Part shown: positions 54,401 to 63,066 of the stretch, in pieces
Layout: every line of letters begins with the position of its first letter
Numbering within the stretch: position 1 is the stretch's first letter
Virus record (IMG/VR): IMGVR_UViG_3300023184_000026
Location: 186,001-250,000 of that record
Length of the DNA: 64,000 nt
Strand: one strand, 5' to 3'
The notes under the pieces: generated by a model
The model's input: only the letters and a program-made list of their open reading frames with translations
Database searches by the model: none
What the model was told of the DNA's origin: nothing
Translations under genes and position numbers: made by a program

Positions 54401-56143
54401 GATTTTCCAACATTTGGAGCCGCAAACTTTCCAGAATCTTTTGGTAAATTGGAGAGATTGTCATATTGCGACCCATCCGAAGGCCCGTCGTTTCCATATC
54501 AGTTTTCTCGCAAGGACGTGCGAATGATAATGAAAATTCCCGATTATGGGTCCAGTAAATTCAGAAGTAATAAAATTAATTATGTAGAACAAGAACTTTC
54601 CACAAATCTTTCTCCAGATACACGAGCGTCATATATGACGAGTGAACTGATAAGTACAGATTCAAACAAGCTCGGAATATTTTTCTCTCCGTCGGAAATG
54701 CAAAATACGGAAATCATTAAGTTCTTTGGTGAATTTCCATTGGGAGATTTGATTGGAGATCCAGCATCCGTTTACAAAAATTCTTACGATAAATTTGAAA
54801 GATTTAGACAGATATATTATGACCAAGGATTTGGAAATATTGATTTCACATTCTTCATGAATATTGTTCGATTCTATTTTGACAAGGCAATGTTCAAATA
54901 TATAAAGGGGATAATTCCGGCCAGAGCAAAATTGGTGGACGGTATATTGATTGAACCGAGCATACTGGAAAGACCAAAGTTACAATTGAAGCCGCTGGTG
55001 AAAGAGAACATAGATCAAAAAACTGGCGAAACTTATTCAAAAAGTAAAATTAGCGTTGTAAAAGATCCGGATAGAGTTGGAATATTGAGACAGGAATACA
55101 GAGGAATTGCAACATATTCGGATGTAAATCAAGTATTTTTTCCGGCGGAACAAGATCAATATGGTTTTGAAATTTATGGAAATAACGGATTGACATATTA
55201 TAATGGAAATTATTATAGGGCGGATGTAATACCATACACGAAAAAATATCAAGTGTCGCAAAAATACGTTGCTCCATATTCTCAATTGAATGAAAACCAG
55301 ATAGTGAATGATTTTTCGGGAAAAACGGAAACAATCACAAACACTTATTATAAGGTTAATATTGCAAAATTGCCGGTTGTGGACAGATATCCAATGACTG
55401 CATCGGTTTCTCCAAGAGGCCAAGCTATACCAAAAACATATTTCAGCGGAAGTTTATATTTTGATGCCGGTATGCGCGGTTGGCAAGATTATGCTACAAC
55501 CAATTCTCACAAGCTTATGGGAATAATATCCGGTTCGGTAAATGGATTGGATGTAGTGCAGTATCCTTACATAGATCCAATATACGGTGCAATTACGAAT
55601 GGTACGATTGTAAATCCAGGAATTATTATATCGGGAAGTATGTTCCAAAATGGATGTCCAGTTACATATTCTGGATATTTTGATGTTGATGGTGGTGTTC
55701 AATCGTTTGAAGGCTATATATACGGGCATTTCAGTGGAAGTTTTTTTGCTGGGAATTATTCAAGTTCAATATATGAACGAACGGTGTATAATATTCAATT
55801 TATATCAGAAGCTCCCACATCGTCGATATTTAATATATTTTCCACACATGGTTCGGGCGATTTATTTGCGCCGCTGGCTTCTGGTCTAAATTATCGCAAG
55901 ATTTACTCCATGGAATACTATCCAACAAGCTCCAAATTATTGAATGGTTACATGGAAACTCATCACAAATATAGCAAATTGCAGTTTTCTCAAAAAGAAA
56001 TTAACGCATATCAAACAAATCCAATAACCAAAGTCCAAACCAATTATAAATGGAAACGTAGTAGTCAAAATAAAAAAACTACTGTAGATCCAAAGACTGG
56101 ATTGACCGACAATACTGATGCGGTTATTGTGAAAACTATATAA
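51413..56143 (+). CDS. large baseplate/tail protein with LamG-like domain
   Basis: MVGHFFD, LPFIYKAKGT..SL.ALI.CFG (tail protein I-like), FFGNIDDIRVW, IEPSILER. Confidence 0.75.
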   Translation: MENLNNSLQFISYPSKSLGHGSTLSRSDIIFYTENQTSSNFPFGKSEKDIINVGVYELSGEFVASTTIYSSGSYTKHTASYYDSFNQYNQYSYKKYNSDFFIVGSDQKSLLFDVSRCLNSIGVQDGNYKLYVELNRNIVGNEKQNGERLIINTISTGRQEITLIPQTLRGTDSEINREYDIFSNSRLQLKDVVEEISTNISNPQIYNIYNLVMESNPSGSAALKYNYGLKTDVDVINFLTDIYYGVSTGNYKSNRQIANNNILGIYNQFNNWMYQNYEAGVTFQIIQDYYYSLFLFIVDRELNNITNKRPDSFPQIVEFLQTIFYNEIFYPAIYEAELKRNIDLSGYFKYYLNFTNGQKISIINQKLIPTQDPRFYDYLALKIIDPLPQNFDLGAEAWITCDFGFLPIVQNLFYFSKTEIKTIPLRGPNFLVKIENEGNSTQALSMDELISVTGSAYNELAKKISSRENQLIDTTNYRNFENFVNFSSADIRLQAFGGKRKQIDSLYYEIDTVNAKLVSNPNDAFYLKEKSDANSQIDELEAGMDGYERFLYENPGWYIKHGEGVDGYTSASFYDKNNGGSLINNLPQFIIEDASNNADYIKFVAMVGHFFDNISLTIKQLTEKNNYSSSPNFGISLDIVGDMLRSLGWDAEISKDNLPLILASFSKNDFDPESEFYSQARNLSEEQRNQIIWKRLLNSLPFIYKAKGTEASLNALISCFGVPKNIIKIKEYGGILNTSNLTDTTEHIVEEVKYEPYFSGSFEYFVLNWTGSAKTIEFNFRFDPAKTSESGTVFRLANCSDNWVVGAVRDRGNDWGKLFFSIDDGYGNVKTAVTSRAPIFDGNSYHAMVKRNDVDVHFNATINLDEYPTRYDLLLQKSEDDRITYSVTSSMFVSGSFNNSFGTGEYLYIGNYNQSTASLNIDPEAFFGNIDDIRVWETPLSTARFEAHTLHRNAYDLEDPMEMISDNLYRISFERPVDLYSTESYAVNLNNLSFRKDFPTFGAANFPESFGKLERLSYCDPSEGPSFPYQFSRKDVRMIMKIPDYGSSKFRSNKINYVEQELSTNLSPDTRASYMTSELISTDSNKLGIFFSPSEMQNTEIIKFFGEFPLGDLIGDPASVYKNSYDKFERFRQIYYDQGFGNIDFTFFMNIVRFYFDKAMFKYIKGIIPARAKLVDGILIEPSILERPKLQLKPLVKENIDQKTGETYSKSKISVVKDPDRVGILRQEYRGIATYSDVNQVFFPAEQDQYGFEIYGNNGLTYYNGNYYRADVIPYTKKYQVSQKYVAPYSQLNENQIVNDFSGKTETITNTYYKVNIAKLPVVDRYPMTASVSPRGQAIPKTYFSGSLYFDAGMRGWQDYATTNSHKLMGIISGSVNGLDVVQYPYIDPIYGAITNGTIVNPGIIISGSMFQNGCPVTYSGYFDVDGGVQSFEGYIYGHFSGSFFAGNYSSSIYERTVYNIQFISEAPTSSIFNIFSTHGSGDLFAPLASGLNYRKIYSMEYYPTSSKLLNGYMETHHKYSKLQFSQKEINAYQTNPITKVQTNYKWKRSSQNKKTTVDPKTGLTDNTDAVIVKTI

Positions 56144-56196
56144 AAAAATAAGAAAAAAGAGAATGGCGTATATATTTATTAGGAAAGTAACACTAT

Positions 56197-56826
56197 ATGG
56201 CGTATATCAATAATCAGACAATCACTGTGGATGCGGTTCTCACAAAAAAGGGCAGAGAATTGCTGGCGGCAAAAGGCGGTCTTAATATCACATCGTATGC
56301 TCTTTCGGATGATGAAATTGATTATAGTTTGTATCAACCAAATCACCCACAGGGATCGGCATATTATGACCTCGCCGTTCGTAATACTCCGGTGTTTGAA
56401 GCATTCACAGATGAAACTCAAGCTTTAAAATATAAGCTAGTAACATTGCCTTCTGGACAGACTTCAATCCCAGTTATCAGTCTTGGTCAAAGTTCCATCA
56501 ACGTTGACAATGATTACAAAGGAGAGGTTGTTGTTGTTCCAAGCACAAATCCAGCGTACAACACCACACTTGGATACACTGCAATTTTAGCTAATAAAAC
56601 CGTTGGCACTATTGTTGGAGAGCAGCTTCAGACCGCAACAACTGCAACAATTCCAACATTCATTGGGGATGTTTCGTCCACAACTGCACAAGTAGCACTT
56701 GGATTAAGATTTAGATTTGTACCAAATATGTCATTGACCACTACAACTGGAACTACTCTAACAATCATTGGCAACGAGAGTGGTGGGTCAATTTCGATCC
56801 CAGTCACTGTTAACGTAAGAAATTAA
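56197..56826 (+). CDS. putative virion structural protein
   Basis: VDAVLTKKGRELLA...LSDDEIDY.LY. Confidence 0.75.
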   Translation: MAYINNQTITVDAVLTKKGRELLAAKGGLNITSYALSDDEIDYSLYQPNHPQGSAYYDLAVRNTPVFEAFTDETQALKYKLVTLPSGQTSIPVISLGQSSINVDNDYKGEVVVVPSTNPAYNTTLGYTAILANKTVGTIVGEQLQTATTATIPTFIGDVSSTTAQVALGLRFRFVPNMSLTTTTGTTLTIIGNESGGSISIPVTVNVRN

Positions 56827-56836
56827 TTAAAATCAT

Positions 56837-57946
56837 ATGATCTTCAAGCAATTTGATCAAACGGACATAGTGGCGGGAAGATCCCAGCCAGTGTCCACCG
56901 GAATGTGGAGCGACGGCGAAACGAACTGGTCTCAGTTTTATACCAGCAGTATTCAAACGACGCAGTCATCATCGCTGTATGAACCGTTAAATGGACTGTA
57001 TTATACCAACGTTTATGATTATCCAGTAGCGTCCGCCAGTTCCGACGTATATTTTTCGATTACGTATGGTCACTCCGCAGGATCGGGTTCTTCAACATTC
57101 GACAAAAACGCGTCACAGGGAAGTTTGATATATCCAACAAAGGCAATATACAATCAATACCGAAATTTACTGTTGGCACCCGGTGATTCTAAATTTACAT
57201 TTGTTAAATCGGATAATAACGGAAACCAGACACAGATTGATTCTGATGATATTTACGCAATTTCATTTAGAGGCACAAAATACAAAGATCGTTTAGATCC
57301 CGGCCAATTTGAATTTACACTAAGTGGGTCCAGTGGAGCAAATGGAAAAATTACACTGATAGATGATTCCAGAATTAATCCGGAAACTGGTGTGCAGACT
57401 GGTGGAAAGCGTTATAATCTTATACGAGGTTCGATTGAAAGCGGATCTTTGTCCACGACAAAAAATTACGAAGCAATTGGATCTATATACCCAGACTTGG
57501 GAATAATCATATTGAACCCGACAGTTCTTCAGTCGTTGGTTGGAAATGTTGGTGGAATATCCTTGAACGATTATACTTCAAACTATTGGGGTGATGGATT
57601 TGCACGAATGCAGAATGTTCTCTTCGCATCTATAAAACAGGGTGCGGCTGCGTTGCCAATGAAAGCGAGAGTAACTGAATATGTTCCCGCTCGTCATTAT
57701 TTTGTGAGAGTAAAGAACCAAGAGTATAATTACAGCAACAATCCAACATTTATTATATCTGACAAATCTAGTTCGGAGTATGGTAAATTGAGATTCACCG
57801 ATTTTTATACCAATCCAAAAGTATATGTAACCTCGGTTGGTCTATATAATGAAACAAACGACTTGGTTGCTGTTGCAAAACTGAGTCAGCCGTTATTAAA
57901 AGACTTTACCAACGAGTGTCTTATAAAAATTAAGATAGATGTTTAA
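56837..57946 (+). CDS. putative tail/baseplate structural protein
   Basis: C-terminal EYNYSNNPT...YVTSVGLYN...LVAVAKLSQP. Confidence 0.75.
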   Translation: MIFKQFDQTDIVAGRSQPVSTGMWSDGETNWSQFYTSSIQTTQSSSLYEPLNGLYYTNVYDYPVASASSDVYFSITYGHSAGSGSSTFDKNASQGSLIYPTKAIYNQYRNLLLAPGDSKFTFVKSDNNGNQTQIDSDDIYAISFRGTKYKDRLDPGQFEFTLSGSSGANGKITLIDDSRINPETGVQTGGKRYNLIRGSIESGSLSTTKNYEAIGSIYPDLGIIILNPTVLQSLVGNVGGISLNDYTSNYWGDGFARMQNVLFASIKQGAAALPMKARVTEYVPARHYFVRVKNQEYNYSNNPTFIISDKSSSEYGKLRFTDFYTNPKVYVTSVGLYNETNDLVAVAKLSQPLLKDFTNECLIKIKIDV

Positions 57947-58076
57947 CTAATAAAAGTTAAATTTTACATTGTTTAAGTAGTGTGTTTTGGGATGGGTTAT
58001 AAAGAAATGTTGTCAATTGTAAAAACTCGCTCTATCGGCAAGTGAATACTCAAACATTGATTATATTTATCTATAT

Positions 58077-61000
58077 ATGATAAAGCAGTTCTCCGCAGGA
58101 GATATCACAGTAAGACCATTTAAGACTTTCAAACACTGGAGCGTTCAGAGTGTACATCTTGGTCATAAGGATGCATATGGATTTAATACTTATTATGATA
58201 ATCTGTGTGAAGTTAATGAGGGAATAAAAAATACTTCCATATTTTATCCATCTGGGAGTTCATATTATACAGCGTCAGTTGAATTGATTAATCCATCTGG
58301 AAAATATGCCAGAAATATATACAGCCTCACAGACTCCATGTTTTATCGCAACAAGAAAAATTTTATGGAGTTGTTTGGTGTTGAAAGTATTGTAACGGAC
58401 ACGGCAACTGGAAAAAAGGAAGTAAGAAATATACACGATAGAGTTGTTACTTTGGCACTAAATCAAACAAATTTTGGTGAAAAAATAAGACCGGAAACCG
58501 TTGAAATAGTGGACAATTCCAATCCACATGCCACATATATCATCAAAGATGATGGATATACCAATCTTTATATCACGGGATCACATTTTTCTGAATACAC
58601 ATATTTGAGTGCAATGAGGAACATATATCCTCGACCGTATTGGAACACTTCAAGTGGGGAATTTCATTTGAATTTATTAGACGGAGAATCCAAGCATATA
58701 GATGTTGATACCGCAAAAGAATATCTTAAACTTGGCATGAATGTTTCGTATACCGGTACATCCGATTATTTATACGATTCAAGTTCGTTGGTTGATACAT
58801 TTCAATCGGATAATGAACATTTTGGAGAAGCAGTTAGCTCGTGGTATAAATATGTTGTGGCCGGTTCATCTATAGACAAATATAATTTGAATACGGGAAG
58901 TCAAGGCTATGCGGCCATATTCAAATATGATGATAATTTGGGAATTCACAGACCAATAAAGAAATTTACATCGCCGTTGAGAGACGTTGGATTCTTGCAA
59001 GACTTTGATATAGACAAGACATTTCCATACACTGTGGAGAATTTGCAAAATAGTGGTTCGTATTTTACTGACACATTTGGACAGTCTGTGTCTGTCCGTG
59101 ATAACTTTTTGGCAGTTGGGTCATCGTCCGGTTCAATATGTTTTCCAACCGGTTCATATCCAGGATATGTGTTTGTGTATGATAAATACAAAGGCGGAAC
59201 CGATAATTGGGGGTTGATAAATATTATACAAGGAAATTCAAATGGAGATAATTTTGGTAAATCGGTTTCATTGGACAGAGATACCCTCGCCATAGGCGCA
59301 CCGGGAGTCAGCGGTTCGGGTGCCGTGTATATCTTCAGACGAAAACAATACATGAGCGGTGGATGCGATGCAATTGAAACAAGTTCGTTTTGGCAAACAT
59401 TATCTCCGGAAACGGACTTGTGCGACGAAATTATATCAGAATCCGGTTCTTTGATTATATACAGCGAAAGACCAATTCCTTGGACATACTCGTCGATGGC
59501 ATATACAAGTTCAAGCATCGAACTTTTAAGCGGATCAATGTCGGCATCTTATGATCCAAATTCTACGGATACAAGAAGAGTATCAAGTTCATATTATCGA
59601 GTCGAAAATGGCGCTTGGTCTGGAAGTTATAGTTGGGAATATGAAGCCATCCTCACTTCCAGTGTTTTATCACTGGGAGACAACTTTGGATGGTGCGTTG
59701 CACTTGATTCTGGCAGCTTGTTTGTTGGAACAAACAAGACCGGAAATGGATATGCAACATTGTTTACATGCTCTTATTACTCATCTTCCGTCGGCGATTG
59801 TCCAACGGCTTCTTGGGGAGAAGCAAAAACATTCAGAAGAGATGGTACATATGGTGACTTGGATATGTCTTCTCAATTCTATTCAATTGACGTGACGGGT
59901 GTATCAATATCGGACGATGGATTTGGTACGTCGGTTGCGATTGGTGGAAAAAACCTTGTAATTGGATGTCTTCGCGACAAGGCATTTATTCCATATGCGT
60001 CATATACAGGATCACCGACCAGTCTGGGTTCTGCGTATTTTTATAGAAATGACTATCGCTGCGGTTCTCTGGGATATTGGCAAGTGTTGAAAACATTTGG
60101 CGATAGAAAATATCAGTATAATAATAATTTTGGGAAATCCGTGTCTCTGGGAGGATTATATAGCGCGATCACTTCTTGGTCCGACAAAGTTGGAAGAAAT
60201 GTTGATTACTTCAATGGTGAATATATCATAGACGATTTATTATACCAAGCAAGTTCATCGGATGATCCAAATGGAGTGCTGGGTAGAGTTGCCATATACA
60301 AATACAGTGATGTAAATGAAACATGGCAATTGACAGAAACCATACGACGCAACAAAGAAGCAAATAAGCCATCAAATATTTATGGATATTCAGTTTGCTT
60401 ATGCTCAGATTTCATGGTTGTGGGTGCGCCGGTTGTTCATTTTGCAACTGCGAGTGCCACGGCTTCGGTGTACGATCCAAACAACCTTGTTGATTTTCCG
60501 GCAAATTGCTCCGGTTCTGTGTATGTTTACAACGTCACAAATCTTGAGGACAATCCGCTTATAGGAAATGTATTTTACAAAAATGGATATTTTGCACTTA
60601 CTCACACGGGATCAAATTATCGCGATATATTTACAAAAACCGGATCGGGTGGGTTTGACCTAACGTATCAAGGATCACATACAATCTATGAACACGAATA
60701 TCTGACATCTATTCGACCGGGCGAATTTAATTATAGTACAAATCCAACATCATTGGTAAAAACTCCATTAATGTTTGACGTAAACCAAGATGGTGTGTTT
60801 GATTTTCTTGACGTTGATTTGATAATGAGATTTTTTCAAAAAAGAAAATTCTTTGAAGAATTTATTTTCGACGATAATGGTGTAGTACTTGAACAAAGTT
60901 CAAACGCTGATAATAGTTGGTGGGGAGATGATATTCTACAACTTGAATCCGAAGACGTACTGCTTCAGGAACAAACAGGCAGTGCAGCTTATATTGCAAG

Positions 61001-61439
61001 TTCTTCATTCAATGCTTTCACAAAAACTGCATATGACTATATTCAGAGCAATCTTATTGACACGGAATTGCTTGATATAGATGGTGACGGTAAAATCAAC
61101 ATGAATGATGCGAACATACTTGCATTATATTATTTAGAACGACTTGTTCCACAAAATCTGATACCTTTATTATCACCGGCCTCAACAAGAAAATATGTAA
61201 GGGATATAAATGATTATCTCAATCCATATTGCCATACTGATATTCACAAGGTCAATCCACATTTCTTGGAATATGAATATAGTTCATCATATGATCCCAC
61301 CGGTTCATATCTGGCACCATTTATAACAACTGTTGGATTATATGATGGAAATGAGCTTGTGGCGGTTGGAAAATTGGGCAGACCTGTTAAAAATTTAATA
61401 GATTGGCCCGTTAATATCATTGTTCGTTTTGATACATGA
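58077..61439 (+). CDS. tail-associated protein with FG-GAP-like propeller repeats and two EF-hand/dockerin-like loops
   Basis: FGQSV, FGKSV...LAIGAP, FGWCV, FGTSV, YGYSV...VVGAP; DVNQDGVFDFLD, DIDGDGKINMND; same C-terminal domain as upstream gene. Confidence 0.8.
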   Translation: MIKQFSAGDITVRPFKTFKHWSVQSVHLGHKDAYGFNTYYDNLCEVNEGIKNTSIFYPSGSSYYTASVELINPSGKYARNIYSLTDSMFYRNKKNFMELFGVESIVTDTATGKKEVRNIHDRVVTLALNQTNFGEKIRPETVEIVDNSNPHATYIIKDDGYTNLYITGSHFSEYTYLSAMRNIYPRPYWNTSSGEFHLNLLDGESKHIDVDTAKEYLKLGMNVSYTGTSDYLYDSSSLVDTFQSDNEHFGEAVSSWYKYVVAGSSIDKYNLNTGSQGYAAIFKYDDNLGIHRPIKKFTSPLRDVGFLQDFDIDKTFPYTVENLQNSGSYFTDTFGQSVSVRDNFLAVGSSSGSICFPTGSYPGYVFVYDKYKGGTDNWGLINIIQGNSNGDNFGKSVSLDRDTLAIGAPGVSGSGAVYIFRRKQYMSGGCDAIETSSFWQTLSPETDLCDEIISESGSLIIYSERPIPWTYSSMAYTSSSIELLSGSMSASYDPNSTDTRRVSSSYYRVENGAWSGSYSWEYEAILTSSVLSLGDNFGWCVALDSGSLFVGTNKTGNGYATLFTCSYYSSSVGDCPTASWGEAKTFRRDGTYGDLDMSSQFYSIDVTGVSISDDGFGTSVAIGGKNLVIGCLRDKAFIPYASYTGSPTSLGSAYFYRNDYRCGSLGYWQVLKTFGDRKYQYNNNFGKSVSLGGLYSAITSWSDKVGRNVDYFNGEYIIDDLLYQASSSDDPNGVLGRVAIYKYSDVNETWQLTETIRRNKEANKPSNIYGYSVCLCSDFMVVGAPVVHFATASATASVYDPNNLVDFPANCSGSVYVYNVTNLEDNPLIGNVFYKNGYFALTHTGSNYRDIFTKTGSGGFDLTYQGSHTIYEHEYLTSIRPGEFNYSTNPTSLVKTPLMFDVNQDGVFDFLDVDLIMRFFQKRKFFEEFIFDDNGVVLEQSSNADNSWWGDDILQLESEDVLLQEQTGSAAYIASSSFNAFTKTAYDYIQSNLIDTELLDIDGDGKINMNDANILALYYLERLVPQNLIPLLSPASTRKYVRDINDYLNPYCHTDIHKVNPHFLEYEYSSSYDPTGSYLAPFITTVGLYDGNELVAVGKLGRPVKNLIDWPVNIIVRFDT

Positions 61440-61476
61440 CATTATATTTATAATAAACAAATAGGAGAATATCATT

Positions 61477-61803
61477 ATGCCAGAAATACTAGGACCAACG
61501 CCAAGACCATCATCAACAGAATCGCTGCTTGATCTATATAAAAATATTCGCACCAGTCAACCATTTGGTATACGCTCACATCTTACACGAAATACTATAA
61601 ACAGTATGGCTTGGGGTCTGGGCAAACAGGCAGGTGCTCCAAATTATATGACAACACGTCGTAATGCAGATACGCAGTATGAACGCACATTCCAGCCAAG
61701 TCAATTTTTAGTATATGCTCCACTAAGAGTCACATCATTCAATGGATATTCACTGAAATATGCTCAAAATGCATACAATCACGATAATCGTAATTATTAT
61801 TAA
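61477..61803 (+). CDS. hypothetical protein
   Basis: Late-type motif and AGGAG upstream. Confidence 0.7.
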   Translation: MPEILGPTPRPSSTESLLDLYKNIRTSQPFGIRSHLTRNTINSMAWGLGKQAGAPNYMTTRRNADTQYERTFQPSQFLVYAPLRVTSFNGYSLKYAQNAYNHDNRNYY

Positions 61804-61823
61804 TTAAAATAAAAAAAGGTTAT

Positions 61824-62315
61824 ATGAAAGTATTGGGATTGGATTTATCCACCACAACTTGTGGTTGGGCTGTAGCAGAAAATAAGATTATTATTGGTGC
61901 TGGATTTGTTGATATTTCTGATGTGATTGAGTATGCTGCCAAAGCAGAACTTATTATAACTGCTTTAAAAGGTCAAACTTTTGAGAAAATAATGATTGAA
62001 GAAAGCTTGTTTGGATTTGCTGGCGGAGGCACTTCGCAGCAAGTTATAATCAAACTTGTGAAAAACAAGGCAGTTGTTGGTTATATCTTAGAAAACCATT
62101 ATAAATTGAAAGTAGAAAGCATACATGCTCAAACAGCACGAAAGAAAGCATTTGGAATTGCAAGAATCAAAGGAATAAAGTCAAAAGTGTTTGTAAAAGA
62201 GCAAGTTGAGAAACTATATGACATGAAGCCTTGGACTATTCTTAATAAAAAGGGCAATGAAGAAAAAAGAATGGAGGACGTAAGAGACGCTATAGTATTA
62301 AGTTTAGCGGGTTGA
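61824..62315 (+). CDS. RuvC-like Holliday junction resolvase
   Basis: VLGLDLSTTTCGW, IMIEE, K..VK..V, D..DAI. Confidence 0.85.
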   Translation: MKVLGLDLSTTTCGWAVAENKIIIGAGFVDISDVIEYAAKAELIITALKGQTFEKIMIEESLFGFAGGGTSQQVIIKLVKNKAVVGYILENHYKLKVESIHAQTARKKAFGIARIKGIKSKVFVKEQVEKLYDMKPWTILNKKGNEEKRMEDVRDAIVLSLAG

Positions 62316-62386
62316 TATATATTTCGTTTTTTTTTGATATTATCATATACTTATTGATATAAGATTTAACAGATAAACATAATATT

Positions 62387-62953
62387 ATGAAAAGAAGCGA
62401 ACTAAAACAATTGATCAGAGAAACGATTGAAGAGCAAATGATCCAAGAATCAGAAGCCGTTGACAACTTGATAAAACATATCCAAGCATTGTCAAAAGAA
62501 GAACAGGGAATTCTTCAAAATAAATTGACCAACTTGTTCAAAACATCAAAGTCTGGTTCCTTGCAGGACGCATATAATGAGCTTGCAAAAAATGGTAAGA
62601 TAGTTATCATGCGCAGCGAAAAAAATAGAAATCAATTGATGGGATTTTTACAGTATAAAGATCAATTTTTGAACGACGAAAAATGCATAACCAGTAAAGA
62701 ATACGTAAAATATAATGCAAACGCATTTGCAGAAGAATATCCAAACCTTGCGTTTGCGTTTAAAAATAATCCAGAATTGATGATTCCGTCGGTAGGTCTT
62801 GATGACGAAAGAGTTCCCAGCCCGCTCAGAGGACATGGCACTTCTATGAAAGACCAAATAAGGGGTATCACGGGGTCTTGGAAAAAAAGACTTGGTGGGG
62901 CAGACATAAAAGTGGAACTTGATAAAAATCTTGAGCGCGACATGCCGAAGTAA
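62387..62953 (+). CDS. hypothetical protein with MKRSELKQLIRE leader
   Basis: After ATACTTATTGAT; terminator-like hairpin 62996-63023. Confidence 0.75.
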   Translation: MKRSELKQLIRETIEEQMIQESEAVDNLIKHIQALSKEEQGILQNKLTNLFKTSKSGSLQDAYNELAKNGKIVIMRSEKNRNQLMGFLQYKDQFLNDEKCITSKEYVKYNANAFAEEYPNLAFAFKNNPELMIPSVGLDDERVPSPLRGHGTSMKDQIRGITGSWKKRLGGADIKVELDKNLERDMPK

Positions 62954-63066
62954 AAGCGCCGATATTATAACTTCTTAACAGCATTATCGGTTCATAAACC
63001 CGCCAAAATACGGCGGGTTTTTTATTGGTTGACTGATTGAATGTTTTGTGTATAGTGACTATGTAA

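Noticed and set aside
30063-61439. Diversity-generating retroelement or invertible tail-fibre cassette
   Set aside because: No reverse transcriptase, recombinase, or template/variable repeat pair differing at adenines was seen
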